This document shows, one piece after another, positions 40,575-51,013 of a stretch of 64,000 bases of DNA. This DNA comes from a virus. Positions within the stretch are counted from its first letter, which is position 1; every line of letters begins with the position of its first letter. Location: positions 1-64,000 of IMG/VR virus record IMGVR_UViG_3300031772_000014; one strand, 5' to 3'. A program made the position numbers and the translations under genes. Below the pieces are notes generated by a model. The model saw only the letters and a program-made list of their open reading frames with translations. It did no database searches and was not told where the DNA came from.

Positions 40575-41546
40575 ATGGGCATCGACTCGAGCGTGCTCGA
40601 GGTCGCCAACACATACCTGGCGGGAATCAAACGCAGCGGGCCTGAGAACATCATGGCCATCTGTCCCTGGCACACCCGTCAGGATGGGTCACCCGAGAGA
40701 AACCCGTCGTTCGCGCTGTCGCTGACGACGGGCTTGTGGATCTGCCACACGTGCAAGGAGCGTGGAACCTTCCGGTCCCTGCTCAAGGCATTCGACCTTC
40801 CTGCCAACATCATCCAGGCAAGGTACGAGGTTCTCTTCGAGGAGCTTGCCCAGAACCTCGACAGGAAGCCCAGGCCCGAAAGGGTCATCATCGAAGACAC
40901 CCCGCCCCTGGATGAATCCTGCCTGGGGCTCTTCGACTACATCTCCGAGCAGATGCTCGACTGGGGGTTCACGGAGGAGACCATCCAAGCCTTCAACGTG
41001 GGCTTCGACAAGAAGAACCTCCGCATCACCTTTCCACTCCGGGACTTCTCCGGGAGGTTGAGAGGTATCAGCGGACGCACGGTAGTAGACGCGGTTCCGA
41101 GGTATAAGATCTACGACGACAAAGACCTAGGCCCATGGGGTGTCCAAGCCCCAAAGGTCGAAAGGTCTGGGCTTCTCTGGAACGCGGAGCGGGTCTACCC
41201 CGCCACGTACTTCAGGCCCGGGGTGGACGTGGTCGTCGTGGAGGGGTTCAAGGCGTGCATGTGGGTCTACCAAGCCGGTGTCCAGAACGTAGTGTCTCTG
41301 GTCGGATCTTATCTGTCAGACCAGCAGTGCATGATCCTTGAACGCATGGGCGGCCCGTTCTACTTCTTCTTGGACAACGACCTCGCTGGTCAGAAAGGAA
41401 CCGCGTATGGGATGAAACGCCTCGCGAAGAGTTGCGAGGTCAAGGTAGCGCTGTACGAAGAGAAGCAACCAACCGATCTAAGTGAAGAAGGCGTCCTATT
41501 GGCCCTTGATGGGGCTCAGGACTTTTTTACGTGGGCTAGGAGATAA
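40575..41546 (+). CDS. DnaG-like primase
   Basis: CHC2 Zn finger CPWH...CHTC; ISGR; Toprim VVEG and DND.AG. Confidence 0.88.
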   Translation: MGIDSSVLEVANTYLAGIKRSGPENIMAICPWHTRQDGSPERNPSFALSLTTGLWICHTCKERGTFRSLLKAFDLPANIIQARYEVLFEELAQNLDRKPRPERVIIEDTPPLDESCLGLFDYISEQMLDWGFTEETIQAFNVGFDKKNLRITFPLRDFSGRLRGISGRTVVDAVPRYKIYDDKDLGPWGVQAPKVERSGLLWNAERVYPATYFRPGVDVVVVEGFKACMWVYQAGVQNVVSLVGSYLSDQQCMILERMGGPFYFFLDNDLAGQKGTAYGMKRLAKSCEVKVALYEEKQPTDLSEEGVLLALDGAQDFFTWARR

Positions 41547-41548
41547 CC

Positions 41549-42685
41549 ATGAGTGGCTTTGGCAAGAAGACGGAAGACGCAGAGGGCGTTGGGCGGTTCG
41601 GCGGCACGTTGCGCCAGCGGGCAGCACAGACCCGCGCGAACATCGAGTCTACGCACAAGAAGAAGGGCGGAGGTTCCCGGCGGTTCGGGGACCAGTTCAA
41701 ACCCGTGACCGTGGGCTCGGATAAGATCCGGGTTGTTGCCGGTGACTACAAGTACATCGGCGCGGACTCGAACGGGAACATCTACGAGGAGCCGTTGCAG
41801 TACTGGCCCTACGTGGAGCACTACCACGGGGTCAAGAAGCGGAGCATCATCTGCTCGGGCGGCCCGAAGCACTTCGTGAAGGGGCAGCGCGACCCCTGCT
41901 ACGGCTGCGACAAGTTCTACGCGGGCGGCGGCAAGGACTCTGACGGGAAGTACAAGAAGGGACCCATCTCGAAGCGCGAGATGTTCGCCTTCACGGTGTG
42001 GCACTACCACAAGTACCACAAGATCGAGCAGATGGACGACGCAGGGGTCGTGCAGAAGAACGACAAGAACGAGCCCTATTACAACTGGGTTCGGTGCGAC
42101 AACCGCGGCTGCAAGATGTGCAAGGAGCAGAAGGAGTTCGTCGAAGGGCGCCTGCTGTACTGGCCCATGGGCGTCACGCACTTCAAGACCCTCACGGACG
42201 ACCTCGACCAGCTCATTGGCCGCTCCTGCAAGACGTGCGGCACGAAGGACTCCATCGAGTCCGTGGCTTGGCTCTGTGACTCGTGCGGGGAGGCCATCGT
42301 GGACTTCGCGACCACTGAGCTCATGGATGAGCAGATCCTCGAGCTGACCGCGAAGAAGAACCGCTGTTCTACCTGCGGGCACACGGGCTTCCTCAAGGAG
42401 CTGGTGCAGTGCAACACGTGCGAGGAGCCCGAGCGGGCCACCATCTTCGACGTGGACATCGACGTGAAGCGGTCTGAGGGCGCGAGCGAAGAGTCCAGCG
42501 CGACGACGCTCATGGCAACGGGCTGGAGTGCGCCGTGCGGTTTGGCCGAGAACCTCAAGGACAAAATCAAGCCTCTCGACCTACCCGGCATCCACACGCC
42601 GACTCCGTTCGAGTCGCAACCCAGAGCGCTCGGTGAAGAGGGCGCGAGTGCAGGGAACCCCGGCTTCCGGGACTTCAAGAAGTAA
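41549..42685 (+). CDS. Putative ssDNA-binding protein (gp32-like) with multiple Zn ribbons
   Basis: Between primase and polymerase; H..C...C..C pattern plus several CxxC pairs. Confidence 0.55.
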   Translation: MSGFGKKTEDAEGVGRFGGTLRQRAAQTRANIESTHKKKGGGSRRFGDQFKPVTVGSDKIRVVAGDYKYIGADSNGNIYEEPLQYWPYVEHYHGVKKRSIICSGGPKHFVKGQRDPCYGCDKFYAGGGKDSDGKYKKGPISKREMFAFTVWHYHKYHKIEQMDDAGVVQKNDKNEPYYNWVRCDNRGCKMCKEQKEFVEGRLLYWPMGVTHFKTLTDDLDQLIGRSCKTCGTKDSIESVAWLCDSCGEAIVDFATTELMDEQILELTAKKNRCSTCGHTGFLKELVQCNTCEEPERATIFDVDIDVKRSEGASEESSATTLMATGWSAPCGLAENLKDKIKPLDLPGIHTPTPFESQPRALGEEGASAGNPGFRDFKK

Positions 42686-42698
42686 GAGATGTACCACC

Positions 42699-42727
42699 GG
42701 GGGCCTCGGGAAACCGGGGCCCCTTCT
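42699..42727 (+). terminator. GC-rich GAAA-loop hairpin after SSB
   Basis: GGGGCCTCGG-GAAA-CCGGGGCCCC followed by TTCT. Confidence 0.55.
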
Positions 42728-42741
42728 GGCGGGGAGCAACA

Positions 42742-44700
42742 ATGAGTTGGAACATCGAAATGCCGGATGCCGTCTGGCTTTCCGGAGATTCACCTGCGCA
42801 CGAGATTCAAGAGTTCGTCAATGAGGTGGCTGATTGCAAAGAAGTCGCCATCGACACAGAGACCACGGGGCTGAACATCTCGAAGGACACCGTCCTGTAC
42901 TGGTCGGTGGCCTGGTACCGGCCGAATGGTTCAACCGTCAGAGCGTGTCTGCGGGCAGACCTCCTCTACCGGTTCGAGGACATCTTCCACGAGAAGGACC
43001 GCAACTGGATCTTCTGTAACGCGAAGTTCGACGCCCACATGTGCAAGAACACGGGCATCGACATCGACGGGGAGTATCACGACATCTCGGTCATGCACTC
43101 CCTCCTGTACGAGGAGATGCCGCACGGCCTGAAGGAGATGACCGCGCAGCTACAGGGCTGGAAGTGGCGGGGCTTCACGGACACCTTCGGGAAGGTTGAC
43201 CGCAAGGATCCGAAGTGGATTCAGAACGCCCTCATCACGGCCGAGAAGGAGAACCTCGCCCTCCTTACCGAGTACGCATCGAACGATGCCTTTGGGACGC
43301 TCGAGAACTATCGAACCCTCAAGGCTCAACTCCAGGAGGCCGGTACCTGGTCGCTCTACCCGGAGCTCTACGGAAACCTCTGGGACCTCTTCAAGAAGGT
43401 GGAGGTACCCTTCACGAAGGTGCTCTGGAAGTGCGAGCGGGCAGGGATGCGCGTGGACCTTGGCTACCTGTCTGCCATCGAGGGCCCGGTGAAGATGGAG
43501 ATCGAGAAGCTCGAGCGCGAACTCGTTCGTATGCGAGGTAAGCCCGTCAACCCCAACTCCACCATGCAGCTACGGCAGTGGTTCTTCGAGGAGCTTGGGA
43601 TCAAGCCAACCAAGTTCACGAAGGGTGGCGCCAAGGGGGTGAAGGAGCCCTCGCTGGACTTCGACGCCCTCACGGCACTCGCGGACGACGGGGTCACGGC
43701 CGCCATCGCGCTGCTTCGCTACCGCGACCTCACGAAGCTGTACGGCACCTACGTGATCGGGCTCCAGGACAAGGTCGACCAGTACAGCCGGGTTCACACC
43801 CGCTTCAACCAGGACGTGGCACGTACGGGCCGGCTCTCATCATCGGACCCGAACCTCCAGAACATCCCGTCGCCCGACAACGACAAGTTCAAGATCCGCA
43901 AGGCGTTCACGTGCGAGCCAGGGAACTGTCTCATCGTGGCCGACTACGAACAGCTCGAGATGCGCTTGCTCGCCGCCGCGGCGATGGAGCAGGACATGAT
44001 CGACATCTTCCTCAAGGGCTGGGACATCCACATGGGCAACGCATCGCTCGTGTTCGGTCTCCCCTACGAGGACATCGCGAACGCGAAGAAGACCGACAAG
44101 AAGGTCAAGGAAGGGTTGCTGCCTGAATCCGAGATGACCGAGTACGTACACAAGTGCCTGTACGCCAGGCAGGCCGCCAAGACCATTGGGTTCGGGCTGA
44201 ACTACGGGATGGGTGCCAAGCGCCTCGCAGCGACCCTCGGGCGCACCGTCGAGGAAGCAGAGGCACTCATTGACCAGTACATGTCCCGCTACCCCACCGT
44301 GAAGCAGTTCTTCAAGGACTCCACCAACACGGCACTGGAGTACGGGTACGCCTTCACGATTCTCGGACGACGACGGTTCCTCCCAGGGATCAAGTCGAAC
44401 AGGATGGTGGACCGAAGCCGCGCCGAGCGGCAGGCGTCCAACCTACCCATTCAGGGCACCGCGGCAGACGTGGCCAAGATGGCCATGATTCGCTGCGACG
44501 AAGCAAACCTCCACGACAGGTTCGGATGGCACATGATCTCCCAGGTTCATGACGAACTCATCTTCGAGGGACCTGAAGAGACCGTGGACGACGTAATCCC
44601 CATCGTCCGGGAGTGCATGATGCATCCCCTCCCTACCGACCTAGCGGTGCCGCTCACCATCAGCATCGGCAAGGGTCACACATGGGTCGATGCGAAGTAA
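42742..44700 (+). CDS. DNA polymerase family A (3'-5' exonuclease + polymerase)
   Basis: DTETTG, NAKFD, YASND; RTGRLSSSDPNLQNIP; ADYEQLEMR; RQAAKTIGFGLNYG; QVHDEL. Confidence 0.95.
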   Translation: MSWNIEMPDAVWLSGDSPAHEIQEFVNEVADCKEVAIDTETTGLNISKDTVLYWSVAWYRPNGSTVRACLRADLLYRFEDIFHEKDRNWIFCNAKFDAHMCKNTGIDIDGEYHDISVMHSLLYEEMPHGLKEMTAQLQGWKWRGFTDTFGKVDRKDPKWIQNALITAEKENLALLTEYASNDAFGTLENYRTLKAQLQEAGTWSLYPELYGNLWDLFKKVEVPFTKVLWKCERAGMRVDLGYLSAIEGPVKMEIEKLERELVRMRGKPVNPNSTMQLRQWFFEELGIKPTKFTKGGAKGVKEPSLDFDALTALADDGVTAAIALLRYRDLTKLYGTYVIGLQDKVDQYSRVHTRFNQDVARTGRLSSSDPNLQNIPSPDNDKFKIRKAFTCEPGNCLIVADYEQLEMRLLAAAAMEQDMIDIFLKGWDIHMGNASLVFGLPYEDIANAKKTDKKVKEGLLPESEMTEYVHKCLYARQAAKTIGFGLNYGMGAKRLAATLGRTVEEAEALIDQYMSRYPTVKQFFKDSTNTALEYGYAFTILGRRRFLPGIKSNRMVDRSRAERQASNLPIQGTAADVAKMAMIRCDEANLHDRFGWHMISQVHDELIFEGPEETVDDVIPIVRECMMHPLPTDLAVPLTISIGKGHTWVDAK

Positions 44701-45151
44701 GCGTCGAACCTCGAAGAAGATGATCGATACGCGTGTGGCTGCCACGCTGGGAAGGACGCAGCCACACGTGGCACTCATCACGTCCATCTTTCTTCGTAAG
44801 GTCGTCGAGGAGCTCATAGCCGGCAACGAGGTGTACCTGGATGAAGTAGGGATCCTCCGGCTGGAAATGACCAAGGAAGACATCACGAGCAGGCTCAACG
44901 CGAAGGTTCACTTCACCAAGAGAGCCTACTTCGTGCGTCGCCTACGAGAGACCCACGTGCGACAATCAGAAGAGAAAGGTCAGGTATTTCCCATGGACAA
45001 GTTCGGAGTCGATGAGTCGGTAGATCAGAGCGCCCTCGAGAAGGCGGCGTCGCAAGGCTGCCCGGAGTGCGGGTCGAAGGTCGAGCAGCACGGCAAGGTA
45101 CTCGCGTGCCCAAAGTGCGGCACGGAGCCCTTCGAGGGCAAGAAGAAGTAG
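44690..45151 (+). CDS. HU/IHF-like domain followed by Zn-ribbon
   Basis: Helix-helix then GNEVYLDEVGIL...VHF resembles the HU fold; C-terminal CPEC...CPKC. An internal ATG at 44993 could start a separate small gene. Confidence 0.5.
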   Translation: MRSKRRTSKKMIDTRVAATLGRTQPHVALITSIFLRKVVEELIAGNEVYLDEVGILRLEMTKEDITSRLNAKVHFTKRAYFVRRLRETHVRQSEEKGQVFPMDKFGVDESVDQSALEKAASQGCPECGSKVEQHGKVLACPKCGTEPFEGKKK

Positions 45152-45223
45152 TTACACGGGACAAGGTAGACGGTGAACGGCTTCTCGCTCTGCGAGGAGC
45201 CGTTCCTATTTCCAAGGAGATAC

Positions 45224-46492
45224 ATGGCCACCAAGAAGACCGAAGCAGCAGAAGACGTGAGCGACGCCACCATGAAGGGACTCTCCCTGCGGGAAGCCAG
45301 GAAGGTAGACCCCGACAAGCTCAAGGCCCTCCAGGCTCTCATCAAGCGAGAGAACGCCAGGGCCAAGCACACCGTGCTGGAGTTCGCGGACAAGGTCCCG
45401 AACCCGTACATGAACCGCAAGCCCTTCGGGGTCATGCAGCTCGACATCGACCTCGCGGGCGGGCTCCCGTGCGGGGGGCTCTCCATCGTGGCGGGGCCTG
45501 ACGGGGCGGGCAAGACGGCCCTTCTGTACAAGCTGATGGCCATGCAGCAGCGCATCTACGGGGAGGCGGCGATGCTCGCCTTGGCGCCCGTCGAGCAGCC
45601 CGTGGACCACTTCTTCATGCGGGGCTGCGGGATGCAGATAGCGGTCCCGGACGAAGTCATCGACCAGAAGCAGGAAGCCCGGGAACGTGTCGGGCTCCCG
45701 CTCTACACCAAGGACGAGATCCGCGACCTGAAGAAGAAGGTCGGGAGCATCGTGCTCATCCAGGAGGACACGGCCGAGAGCTACCTCAACGCCGTGCTGG
45801 ACCTCTTCGCCATGAAGGCGTTCCACGTCATCGGGGTCGATTCCTTCTCGGCCTTCCAGACAGAAGCCGAGGCTGACGCCAAGGACGGGCTCGAGCAGAA
45901 CATCCGACAGGCTGCCGCGGCTGGGATCCTGACCAGGTTCTCGCAGCGGTTCCACCCGCTCACCCACGGGGACAACTACACGTGCCTGGTCGGTACCTGC
46001 CAGGTCAGGGCCAACCGGGAAAGAGCGAACGCACCAGGGCACCTCCAGAAGTACATCCGGCCCTACATCCCCGTGATCCCTTGGGCTCTTCGGCACGCCA
46101 TGCTCATCGCCCTCCTGGTGTGGCCAGGGGAGAAGATGAAGGACAAGGACGAGGAAGGTGAGCGCGTCCAGACCGGCAAGGTCCTCAACTGGGAGACCTT
46201 CAAGGGGAAGGTCGGCGTCCACGAAGGTATCCGTGGAGAGGCCGACTTCAAGTTCGGGGAGTACATCAACAACGAGGACAGCATCGTGGAGGCGGGCATC
46301 CGCCACGGCGTCATCCGTGAACGGGACGGCATCATCGACATCGTCTCGCACTTCGACAAGACGAAGCTCATCTACACGAAGATCCCCGGCGTGCTCGTCC
46401 TCAAGAAGTACCTCGTGTCCGACCCGGAGTTCGAGATGAGGATCCGCCAGGAGATCCTGGCAGCAGCAGGGGTCTCGTGCGTCTACTGGTGA
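45224..46492 (+). CDS. RecA-like recombinase
   Basis: LDIDLAGGLPCG, GPDGAGKT, IGVDS, QVR and ALRH; AAGGAG RBS. Confidence 0.85.
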   Translation: MATKKTEAAEDVSDATMKGLSLREARKVDPDKLKALQALIKRENARAKHTVLEFADKVPNPYMNRKPFGVMQLDIDLAGGLPCGGLSIVAGPDGAGKTALLYKLMAMQQRIYGEAAMLALAPVEQPVDHFFMRGCGMQIAVPDEVIDQKQEARERVGLPLYTKDEIRDLKKKVGSIVLIQEDTAESYLNAVLDLFAMKAFHVIGVDSFSAFQTEAEADAKDGLEQNIRQAAAAGILTRFSQRFHPLTHGDNYTCLVGTCQVRANRERANAPGHLQKYIRPYIPVIPWALRHAMLIALLVWPGEKMKDKDEEGERVQTGKVLNWETFKGKVGVHEGIRGEADFKFGEYINNEDSIVEAGIRHGVIRERDGIIDIVSHFDKTKLIYTKIPGVLVLKKYLVSDPEFEMRIRQEILAAAGVSCVYW

Positions 46493-46986
46493 AGGTCATC
46501 CGAGAAGTGGTACGTGGTGAAGGGGAGTTCCTCAACGTCTTCATCGGAAACGAGTCGGCTCGGGTAGGTCCGCTTCAAGATGGGGAACCCGTCGACATCG
46601 TGCTCGAGATGACGGAAACACCCAAAGGTGGACCGCCCACCAAGAGGATGAGGAAGCACGTCCGCGAAAGCGAGCGTCAAATCGGCAAGGACATCGGGGG
46701 CCGGGCTCAGCCGGCTTCCGGTGCCCTACCGGGCATGAAGGGTGACGCGAGAGCTCGAGGTCGAGTCAGGGTCGAGTCAAAGACCACGAAGACGTTGTCG
46801 TACTCGGTTGACCGCCGAGAGCTGAACAAGATCCGCAGCGAATGCACCGGGCTAGAGAAGCCAGTGTTCGTGGTGGAGTTCGTGAACCCCACGACACTTC
46901 GTGAGGAAGACAAATGGGTATTGGTACCCTACGAGGACTGGCATGAAACTTACGTCAATCAAGGACCTGGAAAGCGGAGCGGCTGA
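46477..46986 (+). CDS. PD-(D/E)xK nuclease/Holliday junction resolvase-like protein
   Basis: E...PASGA..KGD...VESK pattern. Confidence 0.6.
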   Translation: MRLLVKVIREVVRGEGEFLNVFIGNESARVGPLQDGEPVDIVLEMTETPKGGPPTKRMRKHVRESERQIGKDIGGRAQPASGALPGMKGDARARGRVRVESKTTKTLSYSVDRRELNKIRSECTGLEKPVFVVEFVNPTTLREEDKWVLVPYEDWHETYVNQGPGKRSG

Positions 46987-47767
46987 CCAGATCATTCTGG
47001 ACAAGAGCGTGAACCTCGGGGCGCTCTACGATGAGCTCCTCGATTCGTATGAAGAGGGGGAAGACGACCACAGGGCGCCCGGCGTTCATGCCTCCGAGGT
47101 TGCGTCGTGCAAGAGGCACGTCGTCTACACCCTCTACGCGACGGAGAAGAAGAAGACCACGAAGCGCGACATGCAGAAGCGCTTCAACGTAGGTAATGCC
47201 ATCCACGGGATGCTCCAGTCTGACTTCGCCAAGATGGCCAAGCGGTCAGGAGGCACCATCATATTCAAAGATGAAGTGAAGATGACCGGTTCGCCCTTGG
47301 CGGAGAAGTACGACATCCACTCGTCCTGCGACGGGGTGTTCGAGTTCCTCAACCCCTCGGGTGAGGTCTACCTCCGTATCGGCCTCGAGATCAAAAGCAA
47401 GGCGCCGGATGACTACGCCAAGCTGAAGGAGCCAGAGAAGAAGCACATCGAGCAGGCACACCTCTACCAGGCGTGCCTGGATCTTCCACTCGTCTGGTAC
47501 GTGTACTGGAACAAGGGGAACCAGAACTACACCCCGATGACCTTCCCGTGGCTCAGGAAGTTCGACCACAACGTGTGGAACCGACTCGAGAAGCGCATCA
47601 TCGAATCCCTGGAGGCCGCACACGCAGACGTACTCCCCGAAAGGGAGGAAGCGTTCCACTGCACGTGGTGCCCGTACGCATGGACCTGCGAGCCCTCGAC
47701 CATAAAGAAGCAGAACAACGGTGGTCAGAGGATCACGCCCCGCTCACTGACGAATCGAAGGAGATAG
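46943..47767 (+). CDS. Cas4-like/PD-(D/E)xK exonuclease
   Basis: ASEVASCKR, GNAIH, DG..LEIKS, QAHLY and CTWCPY...C (Fe-S type Cys arrangement). Confidence 0.8.
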   Translation: MKLTSIKDLESGAADQIILDKSVNLGALYDELLDSYEEGEDDHRAPGVHASEVASCKRHVVYTLYATEKKKTTKRDMQKRFNVGNAIHGMLQSDFAKMAKRSGGTIIFKDEVKMTGSPLAEKYDIHSSCDGVFEFLNPSGEVYLRIGLEIKSKAPDDYAKLKEPEKKHIEQAHLYQACLDLPLVWYVYWNKGNQNYTPMTFPWLRKFDHNVWNRLEKRIIESLEAAHADVLPEREEAFHCTWCPYAWTCEPSTIKKQNNGGQRITPRSLTNRRR

Positions 47768-47768
47768 C

Positions 47769-48626
47769 ATGGACGACTTCAACAACACCCGCGTGGTCAT
47801 CACGAACGACATCGACCCGAACCTGGCAGGCGCCTTCGTGTGGTGGCGCCTGTCCGGGGACATGAACATCATGAGCCTCGAGGCCACCTGGGCAGAGAAC
47901 CATCTCAAGGAGCCCATGCCCTCGAAGCCCTCCTTCCAGGTGGCGCTGCGCCGGGCCGTGAACGAGCAGGCGAACCGGCGCCGACTCATCAGGCCGCTTC
48001 CCAAGGACCAGTCCGGGTACGCCATCGTGGACGAGTCCCCCGACCACGAGAAAACGCTGAACTACGACATCGCCTGCAAGGTGTACTTCGAGCGCAGCGG
48101 CAAGGTCGCCATCTCGGGCGGCTCGGACGTGATGCGGTCGGAGATCCTGGCCGCGTACGAACGCCACCTCTCCACCGTGTCCGCTTCGGACGTACGGGAG
48201 TGGCTCACGGGGGTCATCATCCCCACGGTCCTCGCGCTCAAGCTCCGTGACGGCGGAGGGGTCTACTTCATCCCCCAGCCCACGTTGGCGAAGTTCAGGG
48301 CCATCGTGCGGTGCGTGAAGTGGTCCTCCGACCACGCCATCTTCGCGGTCCCGGCCATGAAGACCGAGGACGCGGTGGAGGGCATCATCGACGCCCTTCG
48401 GCACGAGTCCGAGACAACCCTCCAGAAGCTCAAGGAGGACCTGGACAAGGGCGAGCTCGGGGTCAGGGCCCTGAAGAGCCGGCTGGATGCCTGCGCCCAG
48501 CAGGAGAAGAAGCTCACGCAGTACGAACTCATGTTGGGTCGTAAGCAGATGGGGATCAGCAACGACCTCCACATGATGCGGTCCAGCCTCATGGAAGCCA
48601 TGCTCACCCAAGGAGAAGAAGGGTGA
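47769..48626 (+). CDS. Hypothetical protein
   Basis: 285 aa with an AAGGAG RBS and a GGVYFIP motif. Confidence 0.65.
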   Translation: MDDFNNTRVVITNDIDPNLAGAFVWWRLSGDMNIMSLEATWAENHLKEPMPSKPSFQVALRRAVNEQANRRRLIRPLPKDQSGYAIVDESPDHEKTLNYDIACKVYFERSGKVAISGGSDVMRSEILAAYERHLSTVSASDVREWLTGVIIPTVLALKLRDGGGVYFIPQPTLAKFRAIVRCVKWSSDHAIFAVPAMKTEDAVEGIIDALRHESETTLQKLKEDLDKGELGVRALKSRLDACAQQEKKLTQYELMLGRKQMGISNDLHMMRSSLMEAMLTQGEEG

Positions 48627-49126
48627 CCCGTCCTTCGTTCCACCAGATCTACATGGACTTGGCCACGAGCCTGTCCCAGCGTTCGACCTGCTCCCGCCTC
48701 TCGGTGGGGGCAGTGATCACGAGTCCCGACTTCCGGAAGGTCTACGCGGTCGGGTACAACGGCAACGTGTCCGGCGGAAAGAACGACTGCGACCGTCACG
48801 GGGAAGAAGCCGTGGGCAACTGCGGATGCATCCACGCCGAGCAAAACGCGGTCATCAACTGCGACACGGCCCGGCACCATGAGAAGATCGTGTTCTGCAC
48901 GCACCTACCCTGCATGCAGTGTGCGAAGTTCCTCATCAACCTCGGGGGCGTGAATGGGGTCTACTACCAGACCGACTACAGGCTGAAGGACTCGCTCCAC
49001 CTGTTCGCCTTCCACAACATCCTGACCGGGCACCTCAGCGGTCCCGACGTTCACCCCAACGACGCGTACCAGGCCAGCCTGTCGGCGTTGGCCAAGTACA
49101 CCCTGGAGAAGGAGAAGAAGCCATGA
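48623..49126 (+). CDS. dCMP deaminase
   Basis: RSTC.R..VGAVI, GYNG, HAEQNA and PCMQC. Confidence 0.92.
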   Translation: MTRPSFHQIYMDLATSLSQRSTCSRLSVGAVITSPDFRKVYAVGYNGNVSGGKNDCDRHGEEAVGNCGCIHAEQNAVINCDTARHHEKIVFCTHLPCMQCAKFLINLGGVNGVYYQTDYRLKDSLHLFAFHNILTGHLSGPDVHPNDAYQASLSALAKYTLEKEKKP

Positions 49127-49884
49127 TCATCGGAATCGCCGGCAACGCCGGCGTGGGTAAGGACACGGTGGCGGACCACCTCGTGAAGAACCACGGCTGC
49201 GTGAAGGTCAGTCTCGCGGACCCCTTGAAGCGCATCTGCCGGGACGTCTTCAACTTCTCGGAGGATCAGCTCTGGGGTCCGAGCGAGAAGAGGAACGAGC
49301 CGGACAGGCGGTATCCGCGCACGTACGCTGTAGCGGTCCCGGAAGGCAGTGATTACGTACTCCTGCGGGAGGACGGCACGGTGAAACCTAAGGCCGAGTG
49401 GCCGGTACTGGAGTACCTCACGCCTCGCCACGCCCTCCAGCAGCTCGGGACTCAGTGGGGGCGGTCCTGCTACCCAGACATCTGGGTCGACTACGCACTG
49501 CGGGTCGCGCAGGCGTTGCTCAAAGGGTCAGCTACGCAAGCTACCAAGTACGAGGCCCCGACGTATGAAGACTGGGAGCACCCCGGGTACGACCCACGCG
49601 TAGGGCTGGAAGCCTGGAGAGTCAGAACGAAGGCATCCATCGCCAAAGGTGTCGTCATCCCCGACGTTCGCTTCAATAACGAGGTGGAGGCCATCCGGGC
49701 AGCCGGCGGGGAGGTCTGGAAGATCACCCGGCCGATCCCCCGACTCGAGGGCGCGGCAGGGCAGCATCAGTCCGAGACCGAGCTGGACGGCATCGACCCC
49801 AAGCTGTTCCACGCCTTCATCGAGAACAGCGCGACCCTCGAGAAGCTCTACCAGTCCGTCGAGTTCTGCCTGGAGAAGAAATGA
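49123..49884 (+). CDS. Deoxynucleoside monophosphate kinase
   Basis: IIGIAGNAGVGKDT, ADPLK, PRHALQQLGT, DVRFNNE and HQSE. Confidence 0.9.
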   Translation: MIIGIAGNAGVGKDTVADHLVKNHGCVKVSLADPLKRICRDVFNFSEDQLWGPSEKRNEPDRRYPRTYAVAVPEGSDYVLLREDGTVKPKAEWPVLEYLTPRHALQQLGTQWGRSCYPDIWVDYALRVAQALLKGSATQATKYEAPTYEDWEHPGYDPRVGLEAWRVRTKASIAKGVVIPDVRFNNEVEAIRAAGGEVWKITRPIPRLEGAAGQHQSETELDGIDPKLFHAFIENSATLEKLYQSVEFCLEKK

Positions 49885-50549
49885 ACGACCCATTCGCCAA
49901 GAAGCCCCACGGGGTAAGGCAGCAGGTTGCTTCCGGTGGTCTCAGCATCGGCAAGAGCGTCGGCATCGCGAACTCGAAGCTCGAAGAGATCGTGATGAAG
50001 TTCCGGACGCTCGGCGGTCCCAATGGGATCGAGGCCGACATGAAGACGAAGGGGCCGGCTGAGTTCTCGAAGCCGAGCTCGGCCCCGATGGAGATCACCC
50101 CGGAGATGCTCTCCACCACCAACCCGGACGAGCTCAGCCGAGCGCTCGCTGAGCAGAACGCCTGGCTGAACTACTACTCGCCCATGATGGCAACCGTGGA
50201 GTCCGGGCTCGCAGAGAGCGAGAACATCATCACGCTGGTCGAGGCGCAGATCCGCAAGGACATGCTCGAGATCAACAAGACCACGAACAAGGGGGAGAAG
50301 TTCTCGAAAGAAGAGATCGACGCGGAGGTACTCACGAACCCGACCTACCAGGACTGCCTTCTGGAGGTTCAGAAGATGAAGCAGTACCGGTTTCAGATCG
50401 ACGGGTACATCAACATCGCGAACAGGAACGTCCGCACGGTCTCGAGGCAAATCTCCTTGCGAGGGCAGGAGTTGGACGGGAGCAACCGGGAGGCCAACGT
50501 CGCGAAAGCGGGAGGCGGGGGTCGTCGCTACGGCCCACTGCGCGGCTAA
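49881..50549 (+). CDS. Coiled-coil protein, possibly UvsY-like recombination mediator
   Basis: Helical, ending ..TVSRQISLR; located in the recombination module. Confidence 0.45.
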   Translation: MNDPFAKKPHGVRQQVASGGLSIGKSVGIANSKLEEIVMKFRTLGGPNGIEADMKTKGPAEFSKPSSAPMEITPEMLSTTNPDELSRALAEQNAWLNYYSPMMATVESGLAESENIITLVEAQIRKDMLEINKTTNKGEKFSKEEIDAEVLTNPTYQDCLLEVQKMKQYRFQIDGYINIANRNVRTVSRQISLRGQELDGSNREANVAKAGGGGRRYGPLRG

Positions 50550-51013
50550 TGATTCGCATCGACCTCGTGGGCCTTCCGCCGTCGTCCAACAACGCCTACG
50601 TGGAACTGCCACCTATCGTGAGGGGAAAGAAAGTCATCCCCCGCGGTAGGCGGCTCTCGGCGGAAGGTGAGAAGTACAAGCGGGAGACCATCACGCACAT
50701 CGTGAGGAACTACCCGAATGAGCTCTCGCAGGTAAAGCCCGACGTTGGGTTGTTCCTGTACGTGCGCTTCTTCTTCGAGGCGCTCTACAACAAGGGGTGG
50801 CCAAAAACAGCGGAAACACGGTACAAGAGGATTGACGTTACGAACCGGGTCAAGCTCCTCGAGGACTGCGTGAAAGATGCCTGCGGCATCGATGACTCGC
50901 AGAACGAGTTCGTTCTCCTCGAGAAGCGCCAAGGCCCGGACGCGACGGTTGTATTCATCTGGAACCTAGACAAGGAGGTGCCCCCTGGACTTGACGAGCT
51001 CTCACGACTCTTA
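50549..51013 (+). CDS. RusA-like Holliday junction resolvase (ends at TTA; standard TAA at 51028)
   Basis: LPPSSNNAY, DVTNRVKLLED and GIDDS. Confidence 0.78.

Noticed and set aside
46943-47767. CRISPR-Cas system suggested by the Cas4-like gene
   Set aside because: No repeat-spacer array or other cas genes were seen. Solo Cas4-like nucleases are common in phage recombination modules.
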